A DNA stretch of 64,000 nt, taken from the NCBI GenBank assembly GCA_028826165.1, contig JAPDFW010000044.1, positions 124,001 to 188,000 of the forward strand. The letters are read 5' to 3'. The notes under the pieces are model-generated. The model did not search any database. It saw only the letters and a list, made by a program, of their open reading frames with translations, and was not told the origin of the DNA. Positions 13,111-27,293 of this stretch are shown here, in pieces. The stretch's first letter is position 1. Every line of letters starts with the position of its first letter. Made by a program: the position numbers and the translations under genes. This DNA comes from Anaeramoeba ignava BMAN (lineage: Eukaryota; Protista; Anaeramoebae).

Positions 13111-15439
13111 ATGAATAAATCAATTAATAAATCAAAAGATAAATCAAAAGATAAATCAAATCATGAATTAACTCCAAAATCAAATAAAAAAAATAAATCA
13201 AAAGATAAATCAAAAGATAAATCAAAAGATGAATCAAATAATAAATTAACTCCAAAATCAAATAAAAAAGATAAATCAAAAGATAAATCAAAAAATGAAT
13301 TAACTCCAAAATCAAATAAAAAAGATAAAAAAGATAAATCAAAAGATAAATCAAATAATGAATTAACTCCAAAATCAAATAAAAAAAATAAATCAAAAGA
13401 TAAATCAAAAGATAAATCAAAAGATAAATCAAAAAATGAATTAACTCCAAAATCAAATAAAAAAAATAAATCAAAAGATAAATCAAATAATAAATTAACT
13501 CCAAAATCAAATAAAAAAAATAAATCAAAAAATAAATCAAAAAATAAATCAAAAGATAAATCAAAAGATAAATCAAAAGATAAATCAAAAAATAAATCAA
13601 AATTAAAATCAAAAACGGAATCAGATTCAGATTCAGATTCAGATTCAGATTCAGATTCAGATTCAAATTCAAATTCAAAATCAAAATTAAAATCAGATTT
13701 AAAGTCAAAAACAGAATCAGATTCAGATTCAGATTCAGATTCAGATTCAGATTCAGATTCAAATTCAAAAACAGATTCAAAATCAAATTCAAAATCAAAT
13801 TCAGATTCAGATTCAGATTCAAATTCAAAATCAAAATCAAAATCAAAATCAAAATCAAATTCAAAATCAAATTCAAAATCAAATTCAAAATCAGATTCAG
13901 AATTAAACCAAAAAAAAACTTCACAATTTGATCTTTATTTTTCAGCGGATTTTGACGAACCAAATGAAAATATAATTCAAAATCAAAATCAAACCGAAAA
14001 AGTAGAAGATCAAGATATTTCAAACACAATAATTGGACAACAAGCTAATTGGGAAAAAACACGCATTATAGCATTTGGTTCTTATAAAAAACAATTAAAA
14101 ATAATAGAAAAAGAAAAAGAAGAATTTGAAAGGCAAATGATGAAAAAATCAGAAATGGAATATAACGAATTTGGAAATGTTGATACTCTTATTGAAATTA
14201 TATTTCAAAAACAAGAAAAATTAAAAAAAAGAAAAACAGAAAAATTAGAAAGAAAAAAATCAGAAAAATTAGAAAGAAAAAAATCAAGAAAATTAAAAAA
14301 AAAAAAATCCAAAAAATCCAAAAAATCAAAATCAAAATCAGAATCAGAATCAGAATCAAAATCAAAATCAGAATCGAAATCAGAATCAAATTCAGAATCA
14401 GAATCAGAATCAAATTCAGAATCAGAAACAGAAAATTCCAAAATTATCAATGAATTTATGAACAAAATTAAAGAATCTCAAAAAGAATATTCTCAAATAG
14501 AAAAAATTGAGAAAAAAATGCAGTCAATAAATGAATCAAAAATTTCTAATATAGATCCAACCAAAATAATTTATCCACCAATTCTTTCCAAGAAATTTTG
14601 TGAAAAAAATGGATTATGTACAAATTTCTTTTTAAAAAAATATTGTGATGATCCAAATTGTAAACATTTGCATCCAAAAGAATTTATAAGATGTCCCAAA
14701 ATTGATAGTATTGAAGGATGCAATGATCCAAATTGTGAATATCAACATCCAAATCCATTCAATTCAGATCATTTAAATTTTCTAAGTGATGAACAATTAA
14801 AAAACCGAAACAACATCATAATCAAAATTCCATTTAGAGAAATGAATAAAGAAGAATGTAAAAAGTTGGGAAAGTTTGAAAACTTGTCCAAATAGTAATT
14901 GTAAATTTCAACATAAAGGAGCAAGATCACAACAACAAGAATCAATTAAATTCAAAGAGTATGAAAAAATCCCAAAAGGATATAAATTAAGAGATCCAAT
15001 TGAGGCTGAAAAATTTATGATTGAAAATATTTGGGAAGTTCAATCAGAAAATCAAACACCTCCAAAAATTACTCAAATTCAAATCATCGAAAATCAATAT
15101 CTTTATTATAGACATTCATTTCTTATTGAACAAGCACAAAGTTCAAATACTTTTGAAGGAATTCTTTGGGGTTTTCATGGAACAACACAAAATGCTGTTG
15201 ATCCAATTTGTCGAGATGGTTTTTTAGAGAAATATCAAATCAATAACGCTTATGGAAAAGGTACTTATTTTGCTAGAAATCCAAATGTTTCAGTTGGTTA
15301 TTCTCGTGGTTCTCATAAAATGTTTTTATGCAGATTATGTATGGTTCAAAGTGGTTATATTTATGCTTCTGGTTGTCAATATTATATTGTTCCTGATGTC
15401 ACAAAATTAAGACCATTTGCTTTGATTACTTATAATTAA
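13111..15439 (+). CDS. Low-complexity N-terminus + CCCH zinc fingers + PARP-like (ARTD) ADP-ribosyltransferase domain
   Basis: CCCH-like motifs CTNFFLKKYCDDPNCKHLH, CPKIDSIEGCNDPNCEYQH and CKKLGKF..TCPNSNCKFQH. ART motifs WGFHGT, YGKGTYFARNPNVSVGYS, MFLCRL, RPFALITY. ORFs 13111-14895 and 14876-15439 join through a 1-nt indel in the A-run near 14880. Confidence 0.82.
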
Positions 15440-15449
15440 CAAAATTTAT

Positions 15450-15750
15450 TTCAATTTTAATTTCAATTTTAATTTCAATTTCAATTTTAATTCTAATTTA
15501 AATTTCAATTTCAATTTTAATTTAATTTCAATTTCAATTTTAATTTTAATTTCAATTTCAATTTCAATTTCAATTTCAATTTTAATTTAAATTTTAATTC
15601 TAATTTTGATTTCAATTTTAATTTTAATTTTAATTTAAATTTTAATTTTAATTTCAATTTCAATTTTAATTTCAATTTCAATTTTAATTTCAATTTCAAT
15701 TTTAATTTTAATTTCAATTTTAATTTCGATTTTGATTTCAATTTTGATTT
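15450..15750. repeat. (TTT[C/T]AA)n microsatellite
   Basis: Visible hexamer run. Confidence 0.9.
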
Positions 15751-15877
15751 CTTTTCCTTTTTCTCCTTTTTTCTTTTGAATGGAGAATTTTAGGAAAATT
15801 TATTCCACTTTTTCTTTTATCTTTTTTAAATAAAAAATTAAATAAAAAAAGCAAATTCATTTTTTCTTTTTTCTTTT

Positions 15878-16661
15878 ATGAAAAATTCAAACTTCTCTTC
15901 TAAAAAACATTCAAAAAAGATTTAGAAAAAGATTCAAAAAAAGATTTAGAAAAAGATTCAGAAAAAGATTCAAAAAAAGATTCAAAAAAAGATTCAAAAA
16001 AAGATTCAGAAAAAGATTCAGAAAAAGATTCAGAAAAAGATTTAGAAAAACATTCAAAAAAAGATTCAAAAAAAGATTCAAAAAAAGATTTAGAAAAAGA
16101 TTCAGAAAAAGATTCAGAAATTGTAAATTTCAACATAAAGGAGCAAGATCACAACAACAAGAATCAATTAAATTCAAAGAGTATGAAAAAATCCCAAAAG
16201 GATATAAATTAAGAGATCCAATTGAAGCTGAAAAATTTATGATTGAAAATATTTGGGAAGTTCAATCAGAAAATCAAACACCTCCAAAAATTACTCAAAT
16301 TCAAATCATCGAAAATCAATATCTTTATTATAGACATTCATTTCTTATTGAACAAGCACAAAACTTAAATATTTTTGAAGGAATTCTTTGGGGTTTTCAT
16401 GGAACAACACAAAATGCTGTTGATCCAATTTGTCGAGATGGTTTTTTAGTTGATTTCCAATATCGTGATCTTTATGGAAAAGGCACTTATTTTGCTAGAA
16501 ATCCAAATGTTTCAGTTGATTATTGTGATGATACTAAACAAATGTTTTTATGCAGATTATACATGATTCAAAGTGGTTATATTTATGAAAAATCTTGTCA
16601 ATATTATATTGTTCCTGATGTCACACAATTAAGACCATTTGCTTTGATTCATTTCAATTAA
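15878..16661 (+). CDS. Partial duplicate: KDS[E/K] repeats + PARP-like ART domain
   Basis: From ~16119 nearly identical to 14897-15439 (starts inside the last CCCH finger, NCKFQH). Candidate ATG 15878 needs one extra A at ~15915 to be in frame. Confidence 0.7.
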
Positions 16662-16757
16662 CAAAATTTTTCTCTATTTTCTATTTTCTATCTAAAAATA
16701 AAATTTTAAAATGCTTTCTTTCTTTCTTTTAATTAATTAATTCGAAATTTTGTTTTT

Positions 16758-19700
16758 TTAATTTGAAAGTTTTTTTAATATTTTGTTTCCCATTAATTGA
16801 AGATTTATATCATTAAAAAAGTTAATCATTAATTTTTGGATAATTTCAATTCCTTTTAATCTTTTAATTTCATTTTTGTTTTCTAAATTTAAAATAATAA
16901 TAAAATTAATTTAAATTTTAATTTTTTTGGAATTTAAATTTTTACTTTCATTTGAACAAAGATTTAATAAAGTTTCACATCCAATAAATTGAATATATGG
17001 ATTATTTGGGAAATTATTCATTGATTTAATAATTGGTTCAATTCCTCCTTTTTCTCGAATTTCATTTTGATTTTCTTTATTTTATATTTTGATTATTTAA
17101 ATAAAAATTAAATAAATTTGATTAAAAAAGTATTTTAATTAATTTACTTTTGATATTTAAAACTGAATCTTTTAAAGATTTGAATTGATTGATTTTGTTT
17201 GATTTGATAATTTTTTCAATTTCAATTTCTTTTTCTGTTTTGGTTTCTTTTGTTGTTTTTGTTTCCATTTCAATTTCAAATTTTGTTTCTTCTTCTTTTT
17301 TTTTTGTGTTTTTATTTATTTATTTATTTATTGAAAAATTTGATTAAAATTGATAAATTTTCTTTTTTCTTTTTCCAAATTTTTTTTGTTACTTTTATCA
17401 TTTAAATTGGAAAAATTCATTAAAATTCCACATCCATACATTTGAATTTGTTGATTATTTGGGAAATTATTCATTGATTTAATAATTGTTTCAATTCCTT
17501 TTTTTTCTCTGATTTCATTTTGATTTTCTTTTTTTATTGATTTTATTTTGATTTTTGATAAATAAATTATTTGATAAATTTATTTTATTTTTGATTTTAC
17601 TTTCATTTTCAAAAGAAATATATGCTAAAGCTCCACATCCATTAAATTGAATATCTTGATTATTTGGGAAATTATTCATTGATTTAATAATTGTTTCAAT
17701 TCCTTTTTTTTCTCGAATTTCATCTTGATTTTCTTTTTATTTATTTTATTTTTGATAAATAAATTTTGCCTTTTTTTCAGTAGTTTGAATATCTTGATTA
17801 TTTGGGAAATTATTTATTGATTTAATAATTGAATTCCTTTTTCATCATTTGATTTTCTTTTTATTGATTTTTATTTGATTTTTTTAAATTTTTGATAAAA
17901 TTTAAATTTTATTTGAATATTTTGATTATTTGGGAAATTATTCATTGATTTAATAATTGTTTCAATTCCCTTTTTTTCTCTTATTTCATTTTGATTTGCT
18001 TTTTTTTTATTTTTGATAAATAAATTATTTGATAAATTTATTTTATTTTTGATTTTACTTTCATTTTCAAAAGAAATATATGCTAAAGCTCCACATCCAT
18101 TAAATTGAATATCTTGATTATTTGGGAAATTATTCATTGATTTAATAATTGTTTCAATTCCTTTTTTTTCTCTAATTTTCTTGATTTTCTTTTTATTTAT
18201 TTTGATTTTCTTTTTTTATTTTTGATAAATAAATTATTTGATAAATTTATTTAATTTTTGATTTTACTTTCATTTCGATAAGAAATATCTGCTAAAGTTG
18301 TACATCCACTAGTTTGAATTTCTTGATTATTTGGGAAATTATTCATTGATTTAATAATTGTTTCAATTCCCTTTTTTTCTCTTATTTCATTTTTATTTTC
18401 TTTTTTCATTTTAATTTTAATTTTGAATTTTAATTTTTAAAAAAAAATAGAAGAATGCTTTCACTATTTACTTTCATTATGAAATGAAATATTTGCTAAA
18501 GTTTCACATCCAAGAAATTGAATGTCTTCATTATTTGGGAAATTATTCATTAATTTAATAATTGTTTCAATTCCTTTTTTTTCTCGTATTTCATCTTGAT
18601 TTTCTTTTTATTTATTTTATTTTTGATAAATAAATTATTTGATAAATTTATTTTATTTTTGATTTTACTTTCATTATTAAATGAAATATCTGCTAAAGCT
18701 CCACATCCATTAAATTGAATATCTTGATTATTTGGGAAATTATTCATTGATTTAATAATTGTTTCAATTCCTTTTTTTTCTCTTATTTCATTTTTGATTT
18801 TCTTTTTTTATTTTTGATAAATAAATTATTATTTTGATTTTGATTTTGATTTTTACTTTCATTTCGAAATGAAATATATCCTAAAGCTATACATCCATTA
18901 GATTGAATTTCTTCATTATTTGGGAAATTATTCATTGATTTAATAATTGTTTCAATTCCTTTTTTTTCTTTGATTTCGTTTTGATTTTCTTTTTTTATTT
19001 TTGATAAATAAATTATTTGATAAATTTATTTTATTTTTGATTTTACTTTCATTTCTAAATGAAATATCTGCTAAAGTTGTACATCCACTAGTTTGAATAT
19101 TTTGATTATTTGGGAAATTATTCATTGATTTAATAATTGTTTCAATTCCTTTTTTTTCTCGTATTTCATTTTGATTTTCTTTTTTCATTTTAATTTTAAT
19201 TTTAATTTTAATTTTTAAAAAAAAATAGAAGAATGCTTTCACTATTTACTTTCATTATGAAATGAAATATTTTCTAAAGTTTCACATCCAAGAAATTGAA
19301 TGTCTTCATTATTTGGGAAATTATTCATTGATTTAATAATTGTTTCAATTCCTTTTTTTTCTCCAATTTCATTTTGATTTTCTTTTTATTTATTTTATTT
19401 TTGATAAATAAATTATTTGATAAATTTATTTTATTTTTGATTTTACTTTCATTATTAAATGAAAGATTTGCTAAAGCTCCACATCCATTAGACTGAATAA
19501 ATTGATTATTTGGGAAATTATTCATTGATTTAATAATTGTTTCAATTCCTTTTTTTTCTCCAATTTCATTTTTATTTTCTTTTTTCATTTTATATATTTT
19601 TAAATAAAATTTTGTTCTTTTAATTTTCTTTTTTTGATTTTACTTTGATTTCCAAGACTAAGATTTTTTAAAATTGCACATCCAAATTTTTGAATAATTT

Positions 19701-21761
19701 GATTATTTGGAAAATTATTCATTGATTTAATAATTGTTTCAATTCCTTTTTTTTCTCCAATTTCATTTCGATTTTCTTTTTTTATTGATTTTATTTTTAA
19801 ATCAAATTTTTGTTCTTTTTATTTTTGATTTTGATTTTACTTTCATTTTGAAGATTATTTCCTAAAGATGCACATCCATATTGTTGAATCTCTAGATGAT
19901 TTGGGAAATTATTCATTGATTTGATAATTGTTTCAATTCCTTTTTTTTCTCCAACTTCAATTTGATTTTCTTTTTATTTTTATATTATTTTTAATTTAAA
20001 AATTTGTTCTTTTTATTTTTATTTTTTGATTTTGATTGATTTTACTTTCATTTTTAAATGAAATATCTAATAAAGATGCACATCCAATAAATTGAATAAT
20101 TTGGTTATTTGGGAAGTTATTCATTGATTTAATAATTAATTCAATTCCTCCTTTTTCTCGTATTTCATTTTGATTTTCTTTTTATTTTTATTTATATTTT
20201 TATATTTTTTTAAATAAAATTTTATTCATTTTTTTATTTTTAATTTTACTTTCATTTTTTGAACAAATCAATTCTAAAGCTTTACATCCAATATTTTGAA
20301 TTTCTTGATTATTTGGGAAATTATTCATTGATTTAATAATTGTTTCAATTCCTTCTTTTTCTCGTATTTCATTTTGATTTTCTTTTTATTTTTATTTATA
20401 TTTATATTTTTAAATAAAATTTTATTCATTTTTTTATTTTTAATTTTACTTTCATTTTCTAAAGAAATATTTGCTAAAGCCACACATCCAATATTTTGAA
20501 TAAATTGATTATTTGGGAAATTATTCATTGATTTAATAATTAATTCAATTCCTTCTTTTTCTCGTATTTCATCTTGATTTTCTTTTTATTTTTATTTATA
20601 TTTTTATATTTTTAAATAAAATTTTATTCATTTTTTTATTTTTGATTTTACTTTCATTTTCTAAAGAAATATTTGCTAAAGCTTTAATCCCAATCATTTG
20701 AATAATTTGGTTATTTGGGAAATTATTTATTGATTTGATAATTGTTTCAATTCCTTTTAATTTCATAAGTTCATTTTGATTTTCTTTTTATTTTTATTTA
20801 TATTTTTAAATAAAATTTTATTCATTTTTTTATTTTTGATTTTACTTTCATTTTTTGAACAAATAAATTCTAAAGCTGCACATCCAATATTTTGAATAAA
20901 TTGATTATTTGGGAAATTATTCATTGATTTAATAACTAATTCAATTCCTTTTAATTTCATAATTTCATTTTGATTTTCTTTTTATTTTTTTGAATTAATT
21001 TTCATTTTGATTTATAAAAAAGAGTAGAATTTTGTTATCATTTACTTTCATTTTCAAATGAAATATTTGCTAAAGATGCACATCCATTATATTGAATAAG
21101 TTGATTATTTGGGAAATTATTCATTGATTTGATAATTGTTTCAATTCCTTTTAATTTCATAATTTCATTTTGATTTTCTTTTTATTTTTTTGAATTAATT
21201 TTCATTTTGATTTTCATTTTGATTTTGATTTTGATTTTGATTTTGATTTTGATTTTGATTTTGAAATTAAATTTGATTTTACTTTCATTATCAATTGAAA
21301 GAGTTCCTAAAATTTCACATCCAATAAATTGAATAATTTGATTATTTGGGAAATTATTCATTGTTTTAATAATTGTTTCAATTTCAGTTTCAATTTGAAT
21401 TGTTTGTTGTTTTAAATTTTCTAAATCAATTATTTCTTTTTTTTTTTTGAAAAGAAAAATTTTAATTTAATTTAATTTAAAAATAAATAAATTGATTTTA
21501 CTTAGAAATTTATCTAATTTTTCTTTAAAAATCATAAATGAAATTTGTTGAATTGTTTCATTTAATGGAAATTGTTTTATTATTTCAAAAAGTTTTTGAA
21601 TTGAAACTTTTTTTAAAATAAAAAAATAAATAAAAATATAAATAAAAAATTTTTCTTAATTTTTGTTAATTATTTTATTTACTTTCTTTTTCTTTTTCTT
21701 TTTGAAATGATTTTAAATATTCTTTAATTTCTTTTTCAATTTCTTTTTCTTTATTTTCCAT
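16758..21761 (-). CDS. Armadillo-repeat protein, paralogue A1 (~20 ARM exons + 2 degenerate)
   Basis: ATG 21761 (MENKEKEIEKEI), phase-1 132-nt exons encoding KNQNEIREKKGIETIIKSMNNFPNNQxIQxxGCxxLxxISxxNE, terminal exon ...KRLKGIEIIQKLMINF...KKLSN* (stop 16758-16760). Confidence 0.8.
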
Positions 21762-21820
21762 TATTTATTTTAAAAAAGGAAAAAAAATGAAAAAAAATGA
21801 AAAAAAAGAAATTGTTTTTT

Positions 21821-24360
21821 TTAATTTGAAAGTTTTTTTAATATTTCTTTTCCTATTGATTGAAGATTTTTATCATTAATAAAGTTAATCATTAATTTTT
21901 GGATAATTTCAATTCCTTTTAATCTTTTAATTTCATTTTTGTTTTCTAAATTTAAAATAATAATAAAAAAATTAATTTAAATTTTAATTAAAAATTAATT
22001 TTGGAATTTAAATTTTTACTTTCGTTTGAACAAAGATTTAATAAAGTTTCACATCCAATAAATTGAATTTCTTGATCATTTGGAAAATTATTCATTGATT
22101 TAATAATTGTTTCAATTCCTTTTTTTTCTAAAATTTCATTTTGATTTTGCTTTTTGATTTTTTTTTGATTTTAATATTTAATTTTTAAAAAGGAAAGAAA
22201 ATAAAAAAATAATTAATTTACTTTTAATATTTAAAACTGAATCTTTTAAAGATTTGAATTGATTAATTTTGTTTGATTTGATAAATTTTTCAATTTCAAT
22301 TTCTTTTTCTGTTTTGGTTTCCATTTTAATTTCAAATTTTTTTCTTCTTTTTCTTTTTTTTTTGTGTTTTTTTATTTATTTATTGAAAAATTTGATTAAA
22401 TTTGATAAATTTTCTTTTTTCTTTTTCCAAATTTTTTTTGTTACTTTTATCATTTAAATTGGAAAAAATCATTAAAATTCCACATCCATTCATTTGAATT
22501 TCTTGATTATTTGGGAAATTATTCATTGATTTAATAATTGTTTCAATTCCTTTTTTTTCTCTGATTTCATTTTGATTTTCTTTTTTGATTTTATTTTAAT
22601 TTTTGATAAATAAATTATTTTGATAAATTTATTTAATTTTTTATTTTACTTTCATTTTCAAAAGAAATATTTGCTAAAGCCACACATCCATTAATTTGAA
22701 TTTCTTGATTATTTGGAAAATTATTCATTGATTTAATAATTGTTTCAATTCCTTTTTTTTCTCTGATTTTATTTTGATTTTCTTTTTTATTTTTATTTTT
22801 ATTTTTGATAAATAAATTTAATTTTAATTTTAATTTTAATTTTAATTTTAATTATACTTTCATTTTCTAAAGAAATATTTGCTAAAGCTCCACATCCATT
22901 ATATTGAATATTTTGATCATTTGGGAAATTATTCATTGATTTAATAATTGTTTCAATTCCTCCTTTTTCTATAATTTCATTTTGATTTTCTTTATTTTAT
23001 ATTTGTATTTAAATTTTTTAATTTAATTTTTAATTTAATTTTTAATTTAATTTTTAATTTTACTTTCATTTTGAAATGAAATATTCCATAAAGCTAAAAA
23101 TCCAAATTTTTGAATATTTTGATTATTTGGGAAATTATTCATCGATTTAATAATTGTTTCAATTCCTTTTTTTTCTCCAATTTCATTTTGATTTTCTTTT
23201 TATATTATTTTAAATGAATTTAAATTTAATTGATAATTTTTTCATCTTTTGAAAAATATTTTATTTCATTATATACTTTCATTTTGAAAACTAATAAATG
23301 CTAAAGTTTTAATCCCAAATATTTGAATTGTGTTATCATTTGGGAAATTATTCATTGATTTAATAATTGTTTCAATTCCTCCTTTTTCTATAATTTCATT
23401 TTGATTTTCTTTATTTTATATTTTTTTAAATTAATAAAATTATTATCGAAATAAATTTCATAATTGATTTTACTTTCATTTTGAAAACTAATATTTGCTA
23501 AAATTGAAAATCCAAATTGATGTAATAAATTATCATTTGGGAAATTATTCATTGATTTAATAATTGTTTCAATTCCTTTTTTTTTTCTCATTTCAATTTG
23601 ATTTTCTTTTGATTTTTTTTAAATTAATTTGAATTTTGATTTTAATTTGATTGATTTTACTTTCATTTTCTAAATGAAATATTTGCTAAAGATGCACATC
23701 CAATAAATTGAATATCTTGATTATTTGGGAAATTATTCATTGATTTAATAATTGTTTCAATTCCTTTTTATTTCATAATTTCATTTTGATTTTCTATAAT
23801 TCCAATTTGATTTTGAATTTGATTTTGAATTTGATTTTGAATTTGAATTTAATTTTGATTTTGGATTTGAATTTGATTTTACTTTCATTTTCAACTGAAA
23901 GAATTCCTAAAATTTCACATCCAATAAATTGAATAACTTCATTATTTGGGAAAATATTCATTATTGTAATAATTGTTTCAATTTCATTTTCAATTTGAAT
24001 TATTTGCTCTTTTAAATTTTCTAAATCATTTATTTCTTTTTTTTTTTGAAAAGAAAATTTTTAATTTAATTTAATTTAAAAATAAATAAATTGATTTTAC
24101 TTAGAAATTTATCTAATTTTTCTTTAAAAATCATAAATGAAATTTGTTGAATTGTTTCATTTAATGGAAATTGTTTTATTATTTTAAAAAGTTTTTGAAT
24201 TGAAACTTTTTTTAAAATAAAAAATAAAAATAAATAAAAAATAAAAAATTTTTCTTAATTTTTGTTAATTATTTTATTTACTTTCTTTTTCTTTTTCTTT
24301 TTGAAATGATTTTAAATATTCTTCAATTTCTTTTTCAATTTCTTTTTCTTTATTTTCCAT
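21821..24360 (-). CDS. Armadillo-repeat protein, paralogue A2 (~9 ARM exons)
   Basis: Same start exons, repeat exons, linker and terminal exon as A1. Confidence 0.8.
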
Positions 24361-24426
24361 TATTTATTTTAAAAAAAAAAAAAGGAAAAAAATGAAAAAA
24401 AAAAATGAAAAAAAATTTTGTTTTTT

Positions 24427-27224
24427 TTAATTTGAAAGTTTTTTTAATATTTTGTTTCCTATTGATTGAAGATTTTTATCATTAAAAAGTTAATCATTAA
24501 TTTTTGGATAATTTCAATTCCTTTTAATCTTTTAATTTCATTTTTGTTTTCTAAATTTAAAATAATAAAAAAATTAATTTTAAAATTTTAATTAAAAATT
24601 TTTTGGAATTTAAATTTTTACTTTCATTTGAACAAAGATTTAATAAAGTTTTACATCCATAAATTTGAATTTCTTGATTATTTGGAAAATTATTCATTGA
24701 TTTAATAATTGTTTCAATTCCTTTTTTTTCTCTGATTTCAATTGGATTTGCTTTTTGATTTGCTTTTTGATTTTTTTTTGATTTTAATATTTAATTTTTA
24801 AAAAAGGAAAGAAAATAAAAAAATAATTAATTTACTTTTGATATTTAAAACTGAATCTTTTGAATCGATTTGATAATTTTTCCATTTCAATTTCTTTTTC
24901 TGTTTTGGTTTCTTTTGTTGTTTTAAAAATTTGAATAAATTTTTCTTCTTCTTTCCTTTTTGTTTTAATTTTAATTTTTTTTAAATTTTAATTTTTTTTT
25001 CAACTTTTTTTATTTAAATCTGAAAAATTCATTAAAATTCCACATCCAGTCATTTGAATATATTGATTATTTGGGAAATTATTCATTGATTTAATAATAG
25101 TCTCAATTCCTCCTTTTTCTCGAATTTCATTTTGATTTTCTATTTTATTTATTGATTTTTGATTTTGATTAAAAATATAAAATTTCTTGATTTGATTATT
25201 TTTACTTTCATTTCGAGATGAAATTTTCATTAATGTTTTAGTTGAAATAAATTGGAATTGTTCATCTTTTGAGAAATTATTCATTGATTTAATAATTGTT
25301 TCAATTCCTTTTTGTTCTATAATTTCAGTTTGATTTTCTTTTTTTTTATTGATTTTTAATTTTAATCAAAAATATAAAATTTCTTGATTTGATTTAATTT
25401 TACTTTCATTTCCATAATCAATAAACCCTAAAGTTATACATCCAAAAATTTGGATATCTTTATCATTTGGAAAATTGTTCATTGATTTAATAATAGTTTC
25501 AATTCCTCCTTTTTTTATAATTTCATTTTGATTTTCTTTTTTATTTTATATTTTTAATTTGAATCAATTTAATAAATTTCTTGATTTGGTTAAAATTTAC
25601 TTTCATTTTCATAATCAATAAATCCTAAAGTTGAACATCCAATTTTTTGAATATCTTTATCATTTGGGAAATTATTCATTGCTTTAATAATTGTTTCAAT
25701 TCCATTTTTTTCTCGAATTTCATTTTGATTTTCTTTATTTTTGATTTTTATTAATAAATTTTCTTTTATAAAAAATGATTAAATTTTTTACTTTCATTTT
25801 GAAATGAAATATTCCCTAAAACAATAAATCCATTCATTTGAATATCTTTGTCATTTGGGAAATTATTCATTGATTTAATAATTGTTTCAATTCCTTTTTT
25901 TTCTCGAATTTCATTTTGATTTTCTTTTTTTTGATTTTTTATTAATAAATTTAATCTTATTATTTTTTCTATTGATTTTGATTTTACCTTCATGTTGTAA
26001 ACTGATATTTGCTAAATTCATACATCCAAAAATTTGGATATTTTGATTATTTGGAAAATTATTCATTGCTTTAATAATTAATTCAATTCCATTTTTTTCT
26101 CCAATTTCATTTTGATTTTCTATTTTTTGATTTTTAATCAATTTAATCTTATTATTATTTTCTATTGATTTTGATTTTGATTTTACCTCGATTTTGCAAA
26201 GATAAATTTCTTAAAACAATAAATCCATTCATTTGAATATCTTCATCATTTGGGAAATTATTCATTGATTTAATAATTGTTTCAATTCCTTTTTTTACTC
26301 GAATTTCATTTTGATTTCCTTTTTTTTTATTATTTTTAATAAATTTAACCTTATTATTTTTTTATTGATTTTGATTTTACTTTCATTTCTATAACCAATT
26401 TCTCCTAAAATTAAAAATCCATTCATTTGAATATCTTTATCATTTGGGAAATTATTTATTGCTTTAATAATTGTTTCAATTCCTTTTTTTTCTCGTATTT
26501 CGTTTTGATTTCCTTTTTTTTTGATTTTTTATTGTTAATAAATTTAATCTTATTATTTTTTTTTATTGATTTTGATTTTACTTTCATTTTGAGATGAAAT
26601 ATATGATAAAGTCATACATCCATTATCTTGAATATCTTTATCATTTGGGAAATTATTCATTGATTTAATAATTGTTTCAATTCCTTTTTTTTCTCGAATT
26701 TCATTTTGATTTTCTTTTTGATTTTGATTTTAAATCAATTTAATCTTATTATTTTTTTTTTATTGAAAAATTTTTTACTTTCATTTTCAAAACCAATAAA
26801 TGCTAAAGTAATTGATCCAATAAATTGAATATTTTGATTATTTGGAAAATTATTCATTGCTTTAATAAATGGTTCAATTTCAAATTCTTGTTCTTTTAAA
26901 ATTTTTTCATTTTCTATTTTAATTTTAATTTTAATTTTTAATTTTTAATTTTAATTTTTAATTTTTAATTTTTAATTTTATTTTACTTAGAGATTTTTCA
27001 ATAAATCTTTTGCAAATAAAAAAAGAAATTTGTTGAATTGTTTCATTTAATGGAAATTGTTTCATTATTTCGAAAAGTTTTTGAATTGAAACTTTTTTAA
27101 AATAAAAATAAAATAAATTTTTTAATTGAAAAATTTTTTGTTAATTATTTTATTTACTTTTTTTCGAATTTTCAGTTTGAAATGATTTTAAAATTTCTTT
27201 AATTTCTTTTTCTTTATTTTCCAT
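24427..27224 (-). CDS. Armadillo-repeat protein, paralogue A3 (~11 ARM exons)
   Basis: Same architecture; ATG 27224, stop 24427-24429. Confidence 0.8.
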
Positions 27225-27293
27225 TATTTATTTTAAAAAAAAAAAATGAAAAAAAATGAAAAAAAAAAATTTAAAAAAAATGAATTTGTTTTT

